Origin: Octopus sinensis
Taxonomy: Eukaryota
Direction of reading: 5' to 3'
DNA: 64,000 nucleotides
NCBI RefSeq assembly: GCF_006345805.1
Contig: NC_042999.1
Coordinates: 120,714,001 to 120,778,000, forward strand
A program made the translations under genes and the position numbers. The notes beneath the pieces are model-generated. The model made no database searches, was not told where the DNA came from, and saw only the letters and a program-made list of their open reading frames with translations. Below are positions 1 to 13,370 of this stretch, piece after piece; position 1 is the stretch's first letter, and each line of letters starts with the position of its first letter.

Positions 1-119
1 AGCTATGTACATATAGTGAAAAAAAGAGTGCAAACTTTTAGGGAATCTGTATTTCTCCAAAGCGGCAATTTCCACGAATTGGAAAGATAGGCACAAGTGC
101 CTCAACAATTTAGGGAAGG

Positions 120-285
120 GATAGCCGATTACATTGACTCCAGTGCTCAACTGGTACTTATCTCATCGACTCCGAATGGATGAAAGGCAAAGTTGAGCTC
201 AGCCTAATTTGTACACAGGATGTAAGGATGGACAACATGTTCCTATGCGTTTTGTCCGGCTTGTTAACGATTCTGCCAGCTCACC
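120..285 (-). mobile_element. tRNA-derived SINE (octopus OK/OR-like family), decayed
   Basis: The reverse complement gives the head GGTGAGCTGGCAGAATCGTTAAC and a body with CTTTGCCTTTCATCC...AAGTACCAGTTGAGCACTGGAGTCAATGTAATCG. The same core occurs at 25257-25624 and 29153-29338. Confidence 0.8.
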
Positions 286-1589
286 ACATTAATTTTGAGA
301 ATAACATTAAATGTGTTGGCAATATTATACACTTTGAGTAAGTAAAGATATTACAAACACTAATCAACAGAGCTTTTAACCTGTATATTTTATGGTTCCT
401 TCATGAACGGTACCACGTATTTTGTAGGTTTGGAGTGGTATATACAGTAAACTAAGAGTTTTAATATTAAGTTGTTTGGATCTTTTCTTTCTTAGCTGGA
501 GTAATATTAACTTTAATCCCTGCACGATCTAAACATAAAACGTTTGTATTCTGGTAGCCAATTAATCTTCTTTAACACTTGACAGTTCTAAATAATTTTC
601 ATTTATCTGAAACGTTGGGAACAGGAAACAGTATTGACACACAAGAGTTAATAAACTAAAATGTTATTGCGAAAGAATTTATGCCATCTCTTCTACCTGA
701 AATGCTTTCAGAAGGTTGTGCTTTAATCATAAGATGAATACTACAGTTCACTTAGGGAGCATCACCTGATGAATTTGAACATACCCCTACGACTGCTACT
801 TGATGTATATCGTCCGCAGATTTGAATAATAACTGTCATATATCTAAATGTAATTAGATAGCGAGAAAAAGCGTAGCAGAATAATTACACTAATTAAGGA
901 ATAGTATATTGATATAAATCAAGTAAACCTCTGTATATAGCAGGGAGGACAACCCTTCTTAGGTTTATGGAATGAAATCATAAAATGTGAAAATGCTTTT
1001 GATCACATTCACAAGCATATGATCCCTATCATCAAATGTTTTCATAAATATTGATTTACTGATGGATAATTAATAATGTAAAATTCAAATGAAAGGCTTT
1101 ATTTTAAGCCAATTATAGAATAAATAAAAACATGTTCTTATGAAACAAATAAGCATGTAAACATGGTTACATCCGTTAATGAGTTTTCGTCGAGGTTCTA
1201 TCGGTTGAATCAACCACCGTTTCAGTTACTGGCTCTGAAACACTGTGAAATAATGCAGATATCGGTAAAATTTACAGCACGAACAATGATACTTTGGATG
1301 ATGCATAGTGTAAAGCATCTTATGTTTTCATCTTTTTTCCGTTTCTACACACACACACACACTCACATACACACACACACATATATATATGGATATTATG
1401 AAAGAGATTGATATTAATGTGATTCGTCACAGATGATCACATGCGTCACTCTAAATGAGTTTCTCAAGCGAATAAGAGATTTGTCTCAATAGATGAAATA
1501 CGTAGTAAAAAATATTAGATGAGCTGTCGGCCAAATTGAAATTTTTTAAATAGATATAAAGAAGATGACGACGGTATCTTTTTAAACAA

Positions 1590-1965
1590 ATGGCTGCCAG
1601 TTGTATTAGGGGTAGAAGAATTTGTGCTAGAAAGATAAGAGCTGCTACTTCAGAAGTTCGAGAAAGAATTATATTTAGATTCTGAAAGAGTGAGAAAGAA
1701 AGTGAGAAAACAATTTAATAGTCGTTGCTTAGATCAACATAATAAAAGACCATACAAGAATTAGATAATAGCATATATTGGACAATGTTACTTCTGTGGA
1801 GAAATATGAGAAACACTGAAGATGATTTTACTAGTAAATAATGTAGGTCTAGAAATATAAAATTTAAAACATGGCAGTTTTCATTGCGTACAATGCAACT
1901 ATAACCCAGAGATTGTAATTAAATAAAAAAGATCCATAAACTGGAAATAACAAGTCTGAAGATAT
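1590..1965 (+). mobile_element. Possible very old R4/Dong-like LINE relic
   Basis: Only short motifs survive (GQCYFCGE, resembling the start of the CCHC knuckle; a PVVLG-like segment), followed by a (TAC)n(TAA)n tail-like tract. Confidence 0.3.
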
Positions 1966-1967
1966 AT

Positions 1968-1994
1968 TACTACTACTACTACTACTACTACTAC

Positions 1995-2028
<34 letters not shown>

Positions 2029-2029
2029 T
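1968..2029. repeat. Compound (TAC)n(TAA)n microsatellite
   Basis: Seen directly in the sequence. Confidence 0.95.
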
Positions 2030-3489
2030 AGTAGACGAAGTGTAAAAGGAAAGGAAAGCAGAAATTCTAGGAGAGAAACAATTAACTAACTTGATAGTCG
2101 GGTTATGTTGAATAGTGGATGAAGTTTCGAGCAACGAATAAATCAAATTTAAAATGTAGAGTCAAAACAAATTGAATATATAAAAAAAGATGATCTGCTG
2201 AGCATGTAGATATAGATCTGGCTCATTTTGGGATAAAATGCTGGTAGGTGTTAGGTGTAGGTTTGTGAGGAGTGAGATGTAGGATGTACATCAACAAAAC
2301 TTACTGCTATTTTTTATTATATTTTAATCATTGCGTTAAGCGAGATCAATATAATACCTAACAATAAACTCCAACTCCACGACGAAGGCATAGATATAAA
2401 CCCGGGGTTTTCGTTAAGAAAGCGCTAATCAAATGTGGACTGCGCATTTACATATAACCGAATGAAATTTGAAATATATAATTTCTATGTTGTTTTCAAA
2501 CGATAAATATAGAGTAAAACTTTTGACAAATATTTTCAAATTAACTCAAAGAAAAAATCTATAATCACTTATTTTTAAAGTAATCAATTGAATAGACGCA
2601 GAGCTGAGAGAGAGAGAGGGTGAGACGAAAGGGAAAAATTGTGTTTAAGCGTGTGAGGGGAAAAAGAAAGTCATAGAGAAAGACTAACTAAAATGGAGAC
2701 GGTAAAGCGAAAAGTGATGCAAAGAAAAAAGGGAGAAAAGAGAGAAGAGTAAGACATAAAAAAGCATAAGAGTGAGGGAAAATTATTAGGATAGAGAAAG
2801 TAGTAAAATAATACGAAGAGAGGTGGTAAAGAAAAAGAAAAATATTGTAATCACTTCTTTGTAATTATAACAACGCCGTAGAGGCGGTTCAGAGAAACAA
2901 ACAGCGTGGCAAGGAAAGAAACTGGAGATAAAAGTGAGAGGGAAAATTTTATAAGGATAGAGAAAGAAAAGGGATAAGAGGAATGGAGGCAACATATATA
3001 TATAAAGACACAGACAACATATAAATATAAAGGCTTTCAAAATGCTGCATGTTAAGATTTTGTTTTGTAGTGAATTAAAATTAAATCTTGCTGAAATCTT
3101 CAATAATAAAAGCAGACTGAAAACCACGTTAATTCGAAATTATATTAAAATTGGAATTTTAAAGCATTTTGTAGACAGTGTGAACTTTGATAATTGGTTT
3201 CAGAAATAAAAACTACATACTGCTTACAAATTTATAACCATCTTTTTTATTATGATATAGATGGTGAAATACACAAGAAGTGCCCACTTGTTTAAAGTAA
3301 TCACTGTGTAGCATCACATTTTAAAGCAACGATATTATTAGAATATTCAACTGCTACCAAACACTACCTTTTGTAAGTAATTCTTCCACACTTGCTAGAT
3401 TCATAAAAAATATTAATGTACAGTTTCAACTGCTCGAGTAATGTTGGCATATTGTCCAGTGGATATACCGCTTACTATACCGTGCCTTT

Positions 3490-3880
3490 ATACACATTCA
3501 GACTTGGCAAGGAAGGGAAGCCCGAGATGGCGTGGTCAACTGTCTCTTTGTATTGGTGGCACATTCTGCATTTCAGTTTGAGGCCTAGTTTCATTTTCTT
3601 TTTATAATTATTTGTAGTCAGCCATTGGTCTTGTGCAGCGAAAATCAGTCCTTCCGTTTCGGTTTTTAGTCCAGAGCTTTTGAACCAATGTTGGCTTTTA
3701 CTTACGCTCATTTCCTCTTTGTCAAGCCTTGCAAGGTATTGGCCAGGAAGCGATTATCCTCTCCATTTCTTCTTCAGTATCTTTCGGAATCCTGTTTTCA
3801 TGTTGTCGTTTGTATCTCTTACCTTTTCTGCTATATTGTCATCTGAGGTCAGTGTGTCAGTGTAGTTTTCTTCTATTTTG
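3490..3880 (-). mobile_element. R4/Dong-like LINE fragment (post-RT region and CCHC knuckle)
   Basis: ORF 3475-3711(-): WFKSSGLKTETEGLIFAAQDQ...KCRMCHQYKETVDHAISG. Confidence 0.85.
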
Positions 3881-3942
3881 TATTTTGTCGCCGCTTTGTG
3901 CATATTAATGTTGTGTACACTAATGCCCTGTATATTAATGAC

Positions 3943-3943
<1 letters not shown>

Positions 3944-4013
<70 letters not shown>
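3944..4013. repeat. Perfect (AAT)n microsatellite at the 5' junction of the LINE at 4014
   Basis: Seen directly in the sequence. Confidence 0.95.
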
Positions 4014-5185
4014 CCAATTTGAACTAGCTTACAAAACAACCGCAATTGAAATAACGAATGACTGGATGCTAAAGCTCGTGGAAAATCACGAGAGACGAAA
4101 GAAGCTTCATTCTATCATAGAAGAAAGCAAAATGTTTGCTATTGATCTCGTGCAGGATACCCAAACTGAACAACCCGAGGGAAGTACGGCAACTATTGTT
4201 GCAAAGAAGGTGAAAATAATGGCAACGGAAAAAGCGCACGAGCAATTGGCTGATAGGTGGGAGAGAAAACTTTGCACGGCAAATATGTGGCCCGTCGCAA
4301 ACAAGCTGATGTTGACCAGAAGCAAACCCATCAGTGGCTATGGAGCTCAGGAATAAAAGCAGAGAGCGAAGGTTTCATCCTGGCTGCTCAAGATCAAAGC
4401 CTATTAACCCGGAACTACCAGGCCAATGTGATGAAAAATGGAGCAGACCCAAAATGCCCATTCTGCAACGACATGATTGAAACAGTGGACCACCTAATCT
4501 CCGGATGTAAAGTCTTAGCACCAGTGAAGTATAAATTAAGACATGACAGAGTTGGCCAATATCTACACTGGCTAATAAGTCGGCATTACAATATCAAAAC
4601 TGCAGACAAGTGGTATAATCACCACCCTGAAGCTGTAACTGAAGGAGAAAATGTAACGATTCTGTGGGACTTTCCAGTACATACAGACCGAACCATCAAA
4701 GCCAATAAACCGGATATTGTTGTGAAAGACCAAAACAATAAAGTTTGCTTATTGATCGACATGAGCATCCCCTGTGATCATAATATCTCGGCGAAAGAGT
4801 TTGACAAGCTCAGAAAATAGAAAGACCTGCTCATTGAAATTGAGAAAATGTGGCATCTCAAGGCGGTTACAATACCAGTGATCGTAGGAGCACTATGAAT
4901 GATCAAGAAGGGAACCGAAAATTATATGAGAATGATCCCTGGCTTACCAGCCCTGCAAGAAGTGCAAAAGATTGTCTTAACTGGTACATCACACGTACTG
5001 AGAAGAGCATTGTCGATGTGAGAACTATTACTACCCATGTATTTTAATTTAACTTTAAAAAAAAGAACGAACTAGTGAGTTTAGTTTAATGGCCTACCAA
5101 TGTATACTATGAGTTTCTTTGCCCTAGGAGTCGGGAAGACACTCGGGAAAAATGGAAGCAAATTTGAAAGAAGTAAAAAAAAGAC
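4014..5185 (+). mobile_element. 5'-truncated R4/Dong-like LINE (CCHC + RLE endonuclease + 3' UTR), inactive
   Basis: ORF 4257-4820: AAQDQSLLTRNY...KCPFCNDMIETVDHLISGC...RHDRV...ILWDFPVHTDRTIKANKPDIVVKD...LIDMSIPCD. A premature stop falls before the RLE end. (AAT)n lies on both sides. Confidence 0.92.
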
Positions 5186-5192
5186 AATAATG

Positions 5193-5238
<46 letters not shown>

Positions 5239-5285
5239 TAATAATAATTATTATTATTATTATTGTTATTGTTATTGTTATTATT
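5186..5285. repeat. Head-to-head (AAT)n/(TTA)n inverted microsatellite
   Basis: The AAT tract switches to a TTA/TTG tract at about 5248. Confidence 0.9.
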
Positions 5286-5339
5286 TGACATCTGGTAGTT
5301 TCAGTCAAATATCTATTGCGTCACTTCCTACACCTCCGT

Positions 5340-5960
5340 TCGCTGAGACATGTGTAGTATTGAGTGATGTTTTTTTTAGATGAAATACAACATCTTCCCC
5401 ATATAGTATCGCATCAAGTATATTTTGTCATGTGGATTGGCTTGAGTCTTTTGTCGTTTTAGGGCTTCTGTTGCGTGTGTAATGTGAGTTATCTTCATGT
5501 GTAGAGTACATGTTGTGAGGGTTGTTTTTTTGTATTGGATATTTACTGTATGAGTATGTCTACTTCGGTCTTAGAAACTTGCTTTTCTCGTAAGATATAT
5601 ATTCGGATGTTTGCAAGTGCATTTTGTTTTTTCCCGATATCTTCATTAATTCTTCCTCCATATCTCGTATGTTTCTTTTATTATTCTTGTGTGTTTTGGA
5701 TACAGTGTTACATTGTAGGATGCATGTATCACTTCAATACAGTCATAATCTGTCCATCGCTCTTGTTTTTTTTTGTTTGTTCCTCTTTTGGACAGAGAAA
5801 TGAAAAGACGGATCCGTTTTTCAGCTTTAACCACTTGACAGAACATGGCCCCTGGACGTGTGCAGTGGTATCTTTTGTCTCACGATTGTCCGAGGCCCAT
5901 AGAACGAAAATCACCAATATTTCTTTCTTCGTCATAGTTTCATCACCGAGCACAACTACT
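5340..5960 (-). mobile_element. R4/Dong-like LINE N-terminal fragment
   Basis: ERWTDYDCIEVIHASYNVTLYPKHTRIIKETYEIWRKN...LANIRIYIL aligns by eye with KWTREEYISILHAYFTAVLYPK...TYKIWKEN...LANVRRYIL of the element at 48339-49286. Confidence 0.8.
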
Positions 5961-6409
5961 ACTCTCCATTTTTTAAAACTTAGCGTGTTGCATCTTTTGC
6001 TAAAGTCACTTAAATACCATACGTTCGATGTTTCTTTTGTTCACGTATGGAAGCCTGTATGTGTTTGATGTGAATTGTATAAACATTATATTTGTTGATG
6101 TACAAGCGAAAAACATCAATGTACATTCGAGTAGTAATTGAAATGCATATGAGATGAATTCTCGAACTCACAGATTTGTTGTATATGGATCTCACAGTTC
6201 ATATGCTGCAGCACTTCATATTCATATTTTATTGCAGTAACGCAGTAGGAAAAACACAATGCTTTAAATACTTCATATATCAAAGGAATCTTTCTGTTTC
6301 CTGAAATGATATTAAAACAATTACATTATTTTTCTGGGTTTTTTTTTGCGTTTTCTTAAATCCTGTTTGGTGATGATTTCAGATTTTATCTTTCCTTGAA
6401 TGGAACCTT

Positions 6410-7480
6410 TGTCATACGCCCATGATGTTCATTATTCGCTACGGAAATATCATACTACTGTATGCTCTTTTCCTCTGCTTCGATACATCCTAGCTACTGG
6501 TGAAACTGCTCCCACCGTTTCTTCTGGACAAGTACGCCTATCATTGTCACTATTATGATGGAAGGCTCCGTGCACTGTCAACAATTTTCGTGTCGTAGTA
6601 TTCATGTTCATCACTTCTTTCCTTTGCCATTTTATAATTTCAGCTCCACACCGAAGTGACGCTATCATCCATGTATTAACTGCTTGGATTTTATTCCATC
6701 CGGTCAATTTTGAGCGCAACACCAACCTCAGTCTTCAGAAATATTCCATCCTCAGTTGCTCTTTCATATCATTGTTCATTATCTCGTTGAGCTTATACCA
6801 AGGTATTTGTAGCTTTCCGTTTCAATTTGTTTAATCAGTTATCTATTAGGTAATTCTATCCCTGCTAGGAAATGTACCTTGCCTCTTTTCAGGTACATAA
6901 TTCCACACTTCTTGAATCCGAATTCCATTCTAATATTAGCACTAAAACATTGAACCGTGTTCACCAAGGAACTCAATTGTGCCTCATCTTTCTCAAACAG
7001 CTTCAAACCATCCATAAAGAAGAGAGGGTTAACTGTTTGAGATTTTTCCTTTAACTAGTATCTTAGGCTCATTTTCCTGAGTAGCAAGGTCAAAGAGATC
7101 ATGCAGAGAACAAAAAGCAACGGAGATAAGCTATCACCATGGAAAATCCCTTTTGTGATGCCCAGGGTGCTCAAGCTTCTTCCGCACGGTGTCAACTCAG
7201 TTTCTACCCCACCATACTCCTCTTCAGAAAACACGTTACATTCCTCACAGTTCCAAACAGATATGGCGTTCGATGATCCACGAATGTAGAATCATACCAC
7301 AAGCTTTGCGATAGTCAATCCAGGCCATTACCAGATGTATTCTTTCGTTTACACTGTTGCATCACAATTTTGCCAATCAATAATTAGTCTTTTGAACCTC
7401 CGCATCACATTCTGCAACCATTTTTTCGTTCTCATCAAGAAATTTGTACACTTCTTCTGAAATTCCTCCTGACAGTAACT
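6410..7480 (-). mobile_element. R4/Dong-like LINE RT fragment, heavily decayed
   Basis: Minus-strand motifs KGIFHGDSLSPLLFVLCM and KLTGWNKIQAVNTW...RKLLTVHGAFHHNSDNDR. Confidence 0.8.
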
Positions 7481-7564
7481 TCTTGTTACTTTCTAATTGC
7501 TTATGATTATTGTTGTTGTCATTGTTGTTGATGTTGTCGTCGTCGTCCTTGTTGTTGTTGTTGA

Positions 7565-8095
7565 GTGAGAGAGCAGTGCCTGCCATCAAAGTGACATTGG
7601 GATAAAATATACGAAGCCCAATACACCCATCATGACTACCCGTCTGATAAGGGGGCACCAGGCACATACATCACAACCATATGTGCGCGAAATGGTGATA
7701 TCATATCAAGACAAACAGCATATGACCTTACAGGTGTGGCCCAGTTAGAATATTCTCGGGTCGAGTGGTACATTCCTCTCAAGAGATCCCTGAATGAGGG
7801 TTGTTTAAGTATGTTGAGCGAAACACCCATTTTCCAAAGGTGAATTATCCAAACCTCACAGAATTCCTCTCAACATATGGCTATCATGTTCGCCCACTAC
7901 TTCTAATCGTGATTAGAGATGCAGATATGGTCAGACACAAAAGGACATTCTCACCAGGTTAACTTCAAATAACTGACAAGTAAATCTGTGGTATTGAGCA
8001 GAATATTTGTTGTAGCCCATCTTTTATACCAAGACAGAATAATGTACATAACACTTCCAGTCAGTTAAGATCACAAGCCATGAGAGCCCCTGTCT
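7565..8095. repeat. Unclassified interspersed repeat (octopus-type, possibly LINE/SINE UTR-derived)
   Basis: GC-richer block between two microsatellites. It resembles a repeat I recall from octopus DNA (GCAGTGC..GCCATCAAAGTGACA.TGGG.TAAAATATACGAAGCCC), which I cannot verify here. Confidence 0.45.
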
Positions 8096-8649
8096 TGTAC
8101 TACATCAGGGCATTTATTATTATTATTATTATTATTATATTATTATTATTATTATTATTATTATTGTTGTTGTTGTTGTTGTTGTTATCTGCTTTCAATT
8201 CTGTTTCCATTTCTTTTCGAGTGTCTCCGTCACTCCTAGGGCAGAGGAACGTACTGTATACAATGTTAGGTTATGAAAAGAAGCACACAAGATTGTTCAT
8301 TTACAGAGTCATGTGACAGAGAAAAGGAAGAAGAGGGAGAGATAAAGGGGAAAATTTGAAAAGTAAACAAATAAAATAAAGGGGGAGAAAGGAAAGAAAA
8401 TTTACAGCCACAATGCTCTTCTCAATGCGTATGACGTACCAGTTAAGACGATCTTTTGCACTTCCTGCATGGATGGTAAGCCAGGGATCATTCTTAAATA
8501 ATTTTTTGTTCCTTTTTGGCTCCTAAAATCACTGGTATTGTAATCACTGGTGTTATCATTATTATTACTACTACTACTATACTACTACTACTACTATACT
8601 ACTATTACTACTATTACTACTACTACTATTACTGCTACTACTACTACTT

Positions 8650-8682
<33 letters not shown>

Positions 8683-8689
8683 TTCATAT

Positions 8690-11600
8690 ACACTCAACAG
8701 ATTAGATTGGTTGGAAAAGAATCCTAAAATCGGGCTACAACAAGTAGCCTTAGATGCCAAGAATCCTCCTATTCGGTAACAACAAGTAATCTTAGAGACC
8801 AACAACCGTATTAGTATCCTAGATATCCCCAATAACAGTGTTTTCTGCAACTGTACTAAACTGGGTTTTATGCCTATTTTCTCTATCCAGCTGTTTACAT
8901 CTTTAACCACTGGGATACATTTTACCCGCACTTTCGACAGTCTCGTTAATTCTATAGCTAGATCCAAGTACTTTGCTATTTTTTCTATACTCCTCATACT
9001 AATGTTTCTTCATTTGGGGCCGTAAAGTCAATTATCCGTCACTTTTTATTCTCTTCATTTGCTATTATCAAATCAGGCCTTCTAGCTCATTTTACTCTGT
9101 CAGTCTGAATGTTAAAATCTCACATTTCATATTACTTACTTTCTAGTACTTTACTAGGTTCATTTATCTTGTATTACTTACCTTCTAGTAAATTCCTAGG
9201 GATCCTAACATTCAACATAGCTCCTAGTGGATTGCTCTCCCTAGATTGTTATGTCTTTTCTTGTATTATTTCTGTGCCAGCATACTACATTCTCTTACTA
9301 TATGAGTTACGTCTTCCTTCTTTGATTTGCATAATTTACATTGGGAATCTTCTTGGTTTTTGTGTATCTTGGCTTTTATCCAATTACTCTTTAATGCTTG
9401 ATCTTGTGCAGCTACGAACAAACTTTCTGTGTCCCTCTTCAGTTTTCCTTTCTGCAGTCATAAACATGTCTCACTACTACTATTTGTTGAAACTATCTTT
9501 CGGAATCTACCAAGCAACGGCTTTTCCTGCCAGTCAGATAATTTATGTTCTTTTTGTGATTTTTAAGTTCGTTTGGTGTTTTGGTCTCTTTATGTCTTCC
9601 TGTAACGCAACTTTTAATAAATTTTCTTCACTATTACCTACATAGGAGACTATATCAAATCTTGCTAACTCCCCACAGTCTTATACTGATATTAGCCCTC
9701 CTTCACCTTCCTTTCTAGGTAGGCATAATCTTGCTAACTCCTGCCTTTGGGTGAAGTCTTCCATTCATATTGAATTCCTCCATAGTTCTTCTGTCTAACT
9801 TTCTTAATTCACGTTTTGTTCAATCTACAAAAGCTGTTGCGTATCTAAGTAATGACACTGTCCAAGTATTTAAGGCTTCACTGAATTCGAACCATTGAGA
9901 TTTGATTTCATTATCTTCCTCACCAGTCTGATGTACGCCTTCTGAATTTTCGTGTTCATTTCGTGTTCATTTCTTTAGTATTCTATAAGATTCTAATACT
10001 CCTAGATACTTATAACTCTCTCCTCGTTTCAATGATTTTAATGTCTGGCCATCTGGTAATTGGATGTCTTCGCTGTTGACTACCTTTCCCCTTGTCGTGA
10101 CTAATATTGCACACTTATCTATGCCAAATTTCGGGCCCATAACTTTACTGAAGTGTCTTACAGTCTCTACTAAGGAATGTATCTCTTCTACATTCTTACT
10201 AAAATGCTTCTCATCATCCATGTAGAGCAAATGGTTAATTTTTCCATTACTATTTCTAAACTAACACCTTGCTTTTGCCTTCCTTAGTACTAAACTGAGG
10301 GGCATCAAACATAAGACAACTATTAAAGGAGACAACGAGACACCCTGAACATTTTCTCTTTTGATATTAACTTTCTATAAGAGTGTGTCATCTGACTAGA
10401 GATCAACTTTCCAGTTCTTCTTGCTAATGCTAATTAATTCTCATATGTTGTCGATTATACTGAATATACTGTAACATTCACTTATACATGAGTGTGGGAT
10501 CATGTCATAGGATTTCCTATAATCTATCCATGTTATTTTTAATTTTTTCTTTCTAGAATTTACTTCCTTTAGAACTGTTTGTCTATGTGTAATTGATCAT
10601 GCGTTCCTCAAGTCTTCCTGCAACCCTCTGTTCTTTTGGTAGTAAATTCTGGTTGTGAACGTGCTCATGAATGCTTTCTGAATGCATTCCTGTTAACAGC
10701 TTCCACAGTAAAAGAAAGCAAGTGATTGGTCTATAGTTGCTAACTTGCTCTTATCCTTCATAATGAGTATTGTCCTCCCTCTAGTCATCCAATCTGGTAT
10801 TATTCTTCCATTTAGGCAATCCTGAATTTGTTCCTTCAGTCTCCCATGTAAACTACTGAATTGCTTTAGCCAGTACACTTGAAATAAATCTGGACTTTTC
10901 CAATTCGGCATTTTTCCTAACACTTCACTCATTAATGCACTAGTTAAACATAGATTTGGTTGCTTCTCACTCATTACTTCTTCCATCACTTTCTTTAACT
11001 ATACTGCATATCCAATATGATGGACTAGTTTATCCCAAATATTATTCATCTGCATTAGGTTTCTCATTCCCAGTACTCCATTCTCCACTATTTATTTGGT
11101 TATAAAATCTCCTCCGGTCTATCTCAAATAATCTATTCTGCTGATACTGATCAATTTTTTCCTGATATCTGGAGAACTTGCTTGCTACTGCTATGATACG
11201 CTGCTTCAACTCTTCTATTATTGTGCCAAATCTTTTCTCTTGGTCTGAGTATCTTTTCTCGAGGCAAGATATGCATCCTATGTTTCCTAACTTGTTTGTT
11301 TTCCAGGCTTCTATTCCAGTCAGATCTTGTCTGAAAATCTCTATTTTATAGTTTCCTTTTCTATATTCGCTCTTTTTTAATATTTCCCTTTGAGATATCT
11401 AATCTTCTGGTGACTACTACCCAATTGCATAGATCAATAAGGTAGTGTCTCCTATATTTTAAGTATCTCTCCTACTGATAGCACAATCTACTTTCCTAGT
11501 CATTTCTAGCAGCTTCCTTCTGTTGGTGCCTTTTAATGTCATTTGTTTCTTACTTCTTTACTCATGTCAAATTTGTTCTTCCTTATATAAACCACTTAAG

Positions 11601-12100
11601 TCGTAGGTGCTAGTTGTTACTTCTTCCTTATTGGTAACGCTATTATTATTTTTTCTTTGGGTTTTACTTTGGTTTGATTTTTATCTCTTATGTTGTTGTT
11701 TATCTTTCCCACTGCCTGGTATTTCTTTTCCAGTTCTCTTCTAATTTTTTCTACCTCCAATTCTGTCATCCACTTTCTACTACTAATAGCATACCCTTCT
11801 CTACCCAGAGTGTTAACATCCGTTTTCTATAGCTCATTCTTTTAGGTTCAGTTTCTAAGTGGCACTGTATCACTATCCTGTTTGGTTCGCTGGTCAATTT
11901 CCTCTTCCTTGCTCTATTATCTGCGGAAGCTGTATTAGGATGACAGCTGTGGTCAGTCTGCATAATTACGGATCCACTGCCGGGGAAGAGAGCTTTCCTT
12001 AAAGGTCTAGCTTCATTTTCGTGGTTACAACCAGTGTTCTGCAGAAGCTCCTGACCCTTATAAACGTTCGTCACAATCGTCATCGCCACTATTACTTTTC
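8690..12100 (-). mobile_element. Near full-length but old R4/Dong-like LINE
   Basis: Domains lie in the correct order on the minus strand: N-term (RKLTSEPNRIVIQCHLETEPKRMSYRKRMLTLW, about 11900), pre-RT (KMPNWKSPD...WLKQF...PDWMTRGRTILIMKD, about 10800), RT (YMDD...KFGIDKC...YKYLGVLE, about 10100), RLE end (AKYLDLAIEL...IPVV...LQKTLLLG, about 8900). There is a (TAG/TAA)n tail at 8560-8685 and (ATT)n at 12104. Confidence 0.88.
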
Positions 12101-12103
12101 AAC

Positions 12104-12145
<42 letters not shown>

Positions 12146-12163
12146 CAGTAGTAGTAGTAGTAA

Positions 12164-12201
<38 letters not shown>

Positions 12202-12214
12202 AGTGTGTAATATA

Positions 12215-12840
12215 CTGAGCTGACTTTTGACTGATCTGCCTATTTTATCAATTTTGCTGTCAGTCCTTTACTTTTTCGGATGTTACGTCATACAGCTCCT
12301 AGTTCATAACTGCCCATGCTATGTTTTGCTTCTCCAGATATTGTAGGTCTCTCTTTGTGTGGTTGATGTTTCTGGGTTTAGTACTGAATAATAATAAGCA
12401 TGCATAATTTCGATATATTCCTCCTTACTCCATTTCTGTCTTGTATTTCTATTTTTTGAGAAAGGTTTGGTTGTTGATCCTGAGCGTCAGTTTCGGGAAT
12501 ATCTCTGGTTTGATTTGCTACAGGCTCTTGAGGAGGTTGGTCCTGATTTAAAGACTTTTCGAGCTTAGTGTCAGAATCTGATGTCACTGATAAACGCGTT
12601 CTTCCGTTCTTCGAACGACACAGGTTCTAGTGAGTATTTCTATGGTTGGTATCCAGAGCCGTGCTATAAGCGCCCTGGGTTAACCAGTTGTTTGGTTCTT
12701 TGGGTAATGTGCAGAGGTCCCAGGCATCATCATCTTTTGGTGTGTGGGGAATTTTATTATGACCTGCCGCTTGGAAGGTGTCAAATGGCAGGCCGACGAA
12801 ATCCATGTAGCATCGTTGAAGGGGGCATATATTGAACTGA
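12215..12840 (-). mobile_element. 5' fragment (UTR + N-terminus) of another R4/Dong-like LINE
   Basis: ORF 12378-12587(-) is a low-complexity N-terminus leading into a RN..KL.MLIIIQY segment like the R4 N-terminal motif. It is bounded by microsatellites. Confidence 0.5.
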
Positions 12841-13297
12841 CATCCAGATAAAGACAGAGAAAGGGAGACAAAAGACAGAACCATCATGCAATCTTCGAGC
12901 TACTTCAAGTAGGATGGCGATGGTGGTGGTGGTGGCGGCGGCGGCGGCGGTAGAAGTGGTAATGGGATTGTATATCTTCTGTCAGCAGGATGTAAATTGT
13001 GTTGCATGTGTGTATTTGTCTGCAGGCAAATCATTATTATTAGTAGCTGTAGTAGTAGTAATACCAGTAGCAGCAACAATAGCAGCGGTAGTAGCGCGAT
13101 CTAGAAGCAAAAGAAGCGTTACACCCTTGCAGTCAGCAGAAGTCAAATGTGTTTACCACAACAGGTGCCCAATGAGAGGGCTGACCTTGGCTTAGGAGGG
13201 CCAACTTACACTGTTCTGTTTTAATTACGAATAGAAAAAAATAACAATAATAATATATATACATACAAACGCACACATACACACACATACATATATT

Positions 13298-13333
<36 letters not shown>

Positions 13334-13370
13334 ATTATCATTATTATTATCATTATTATTATTATTATTA

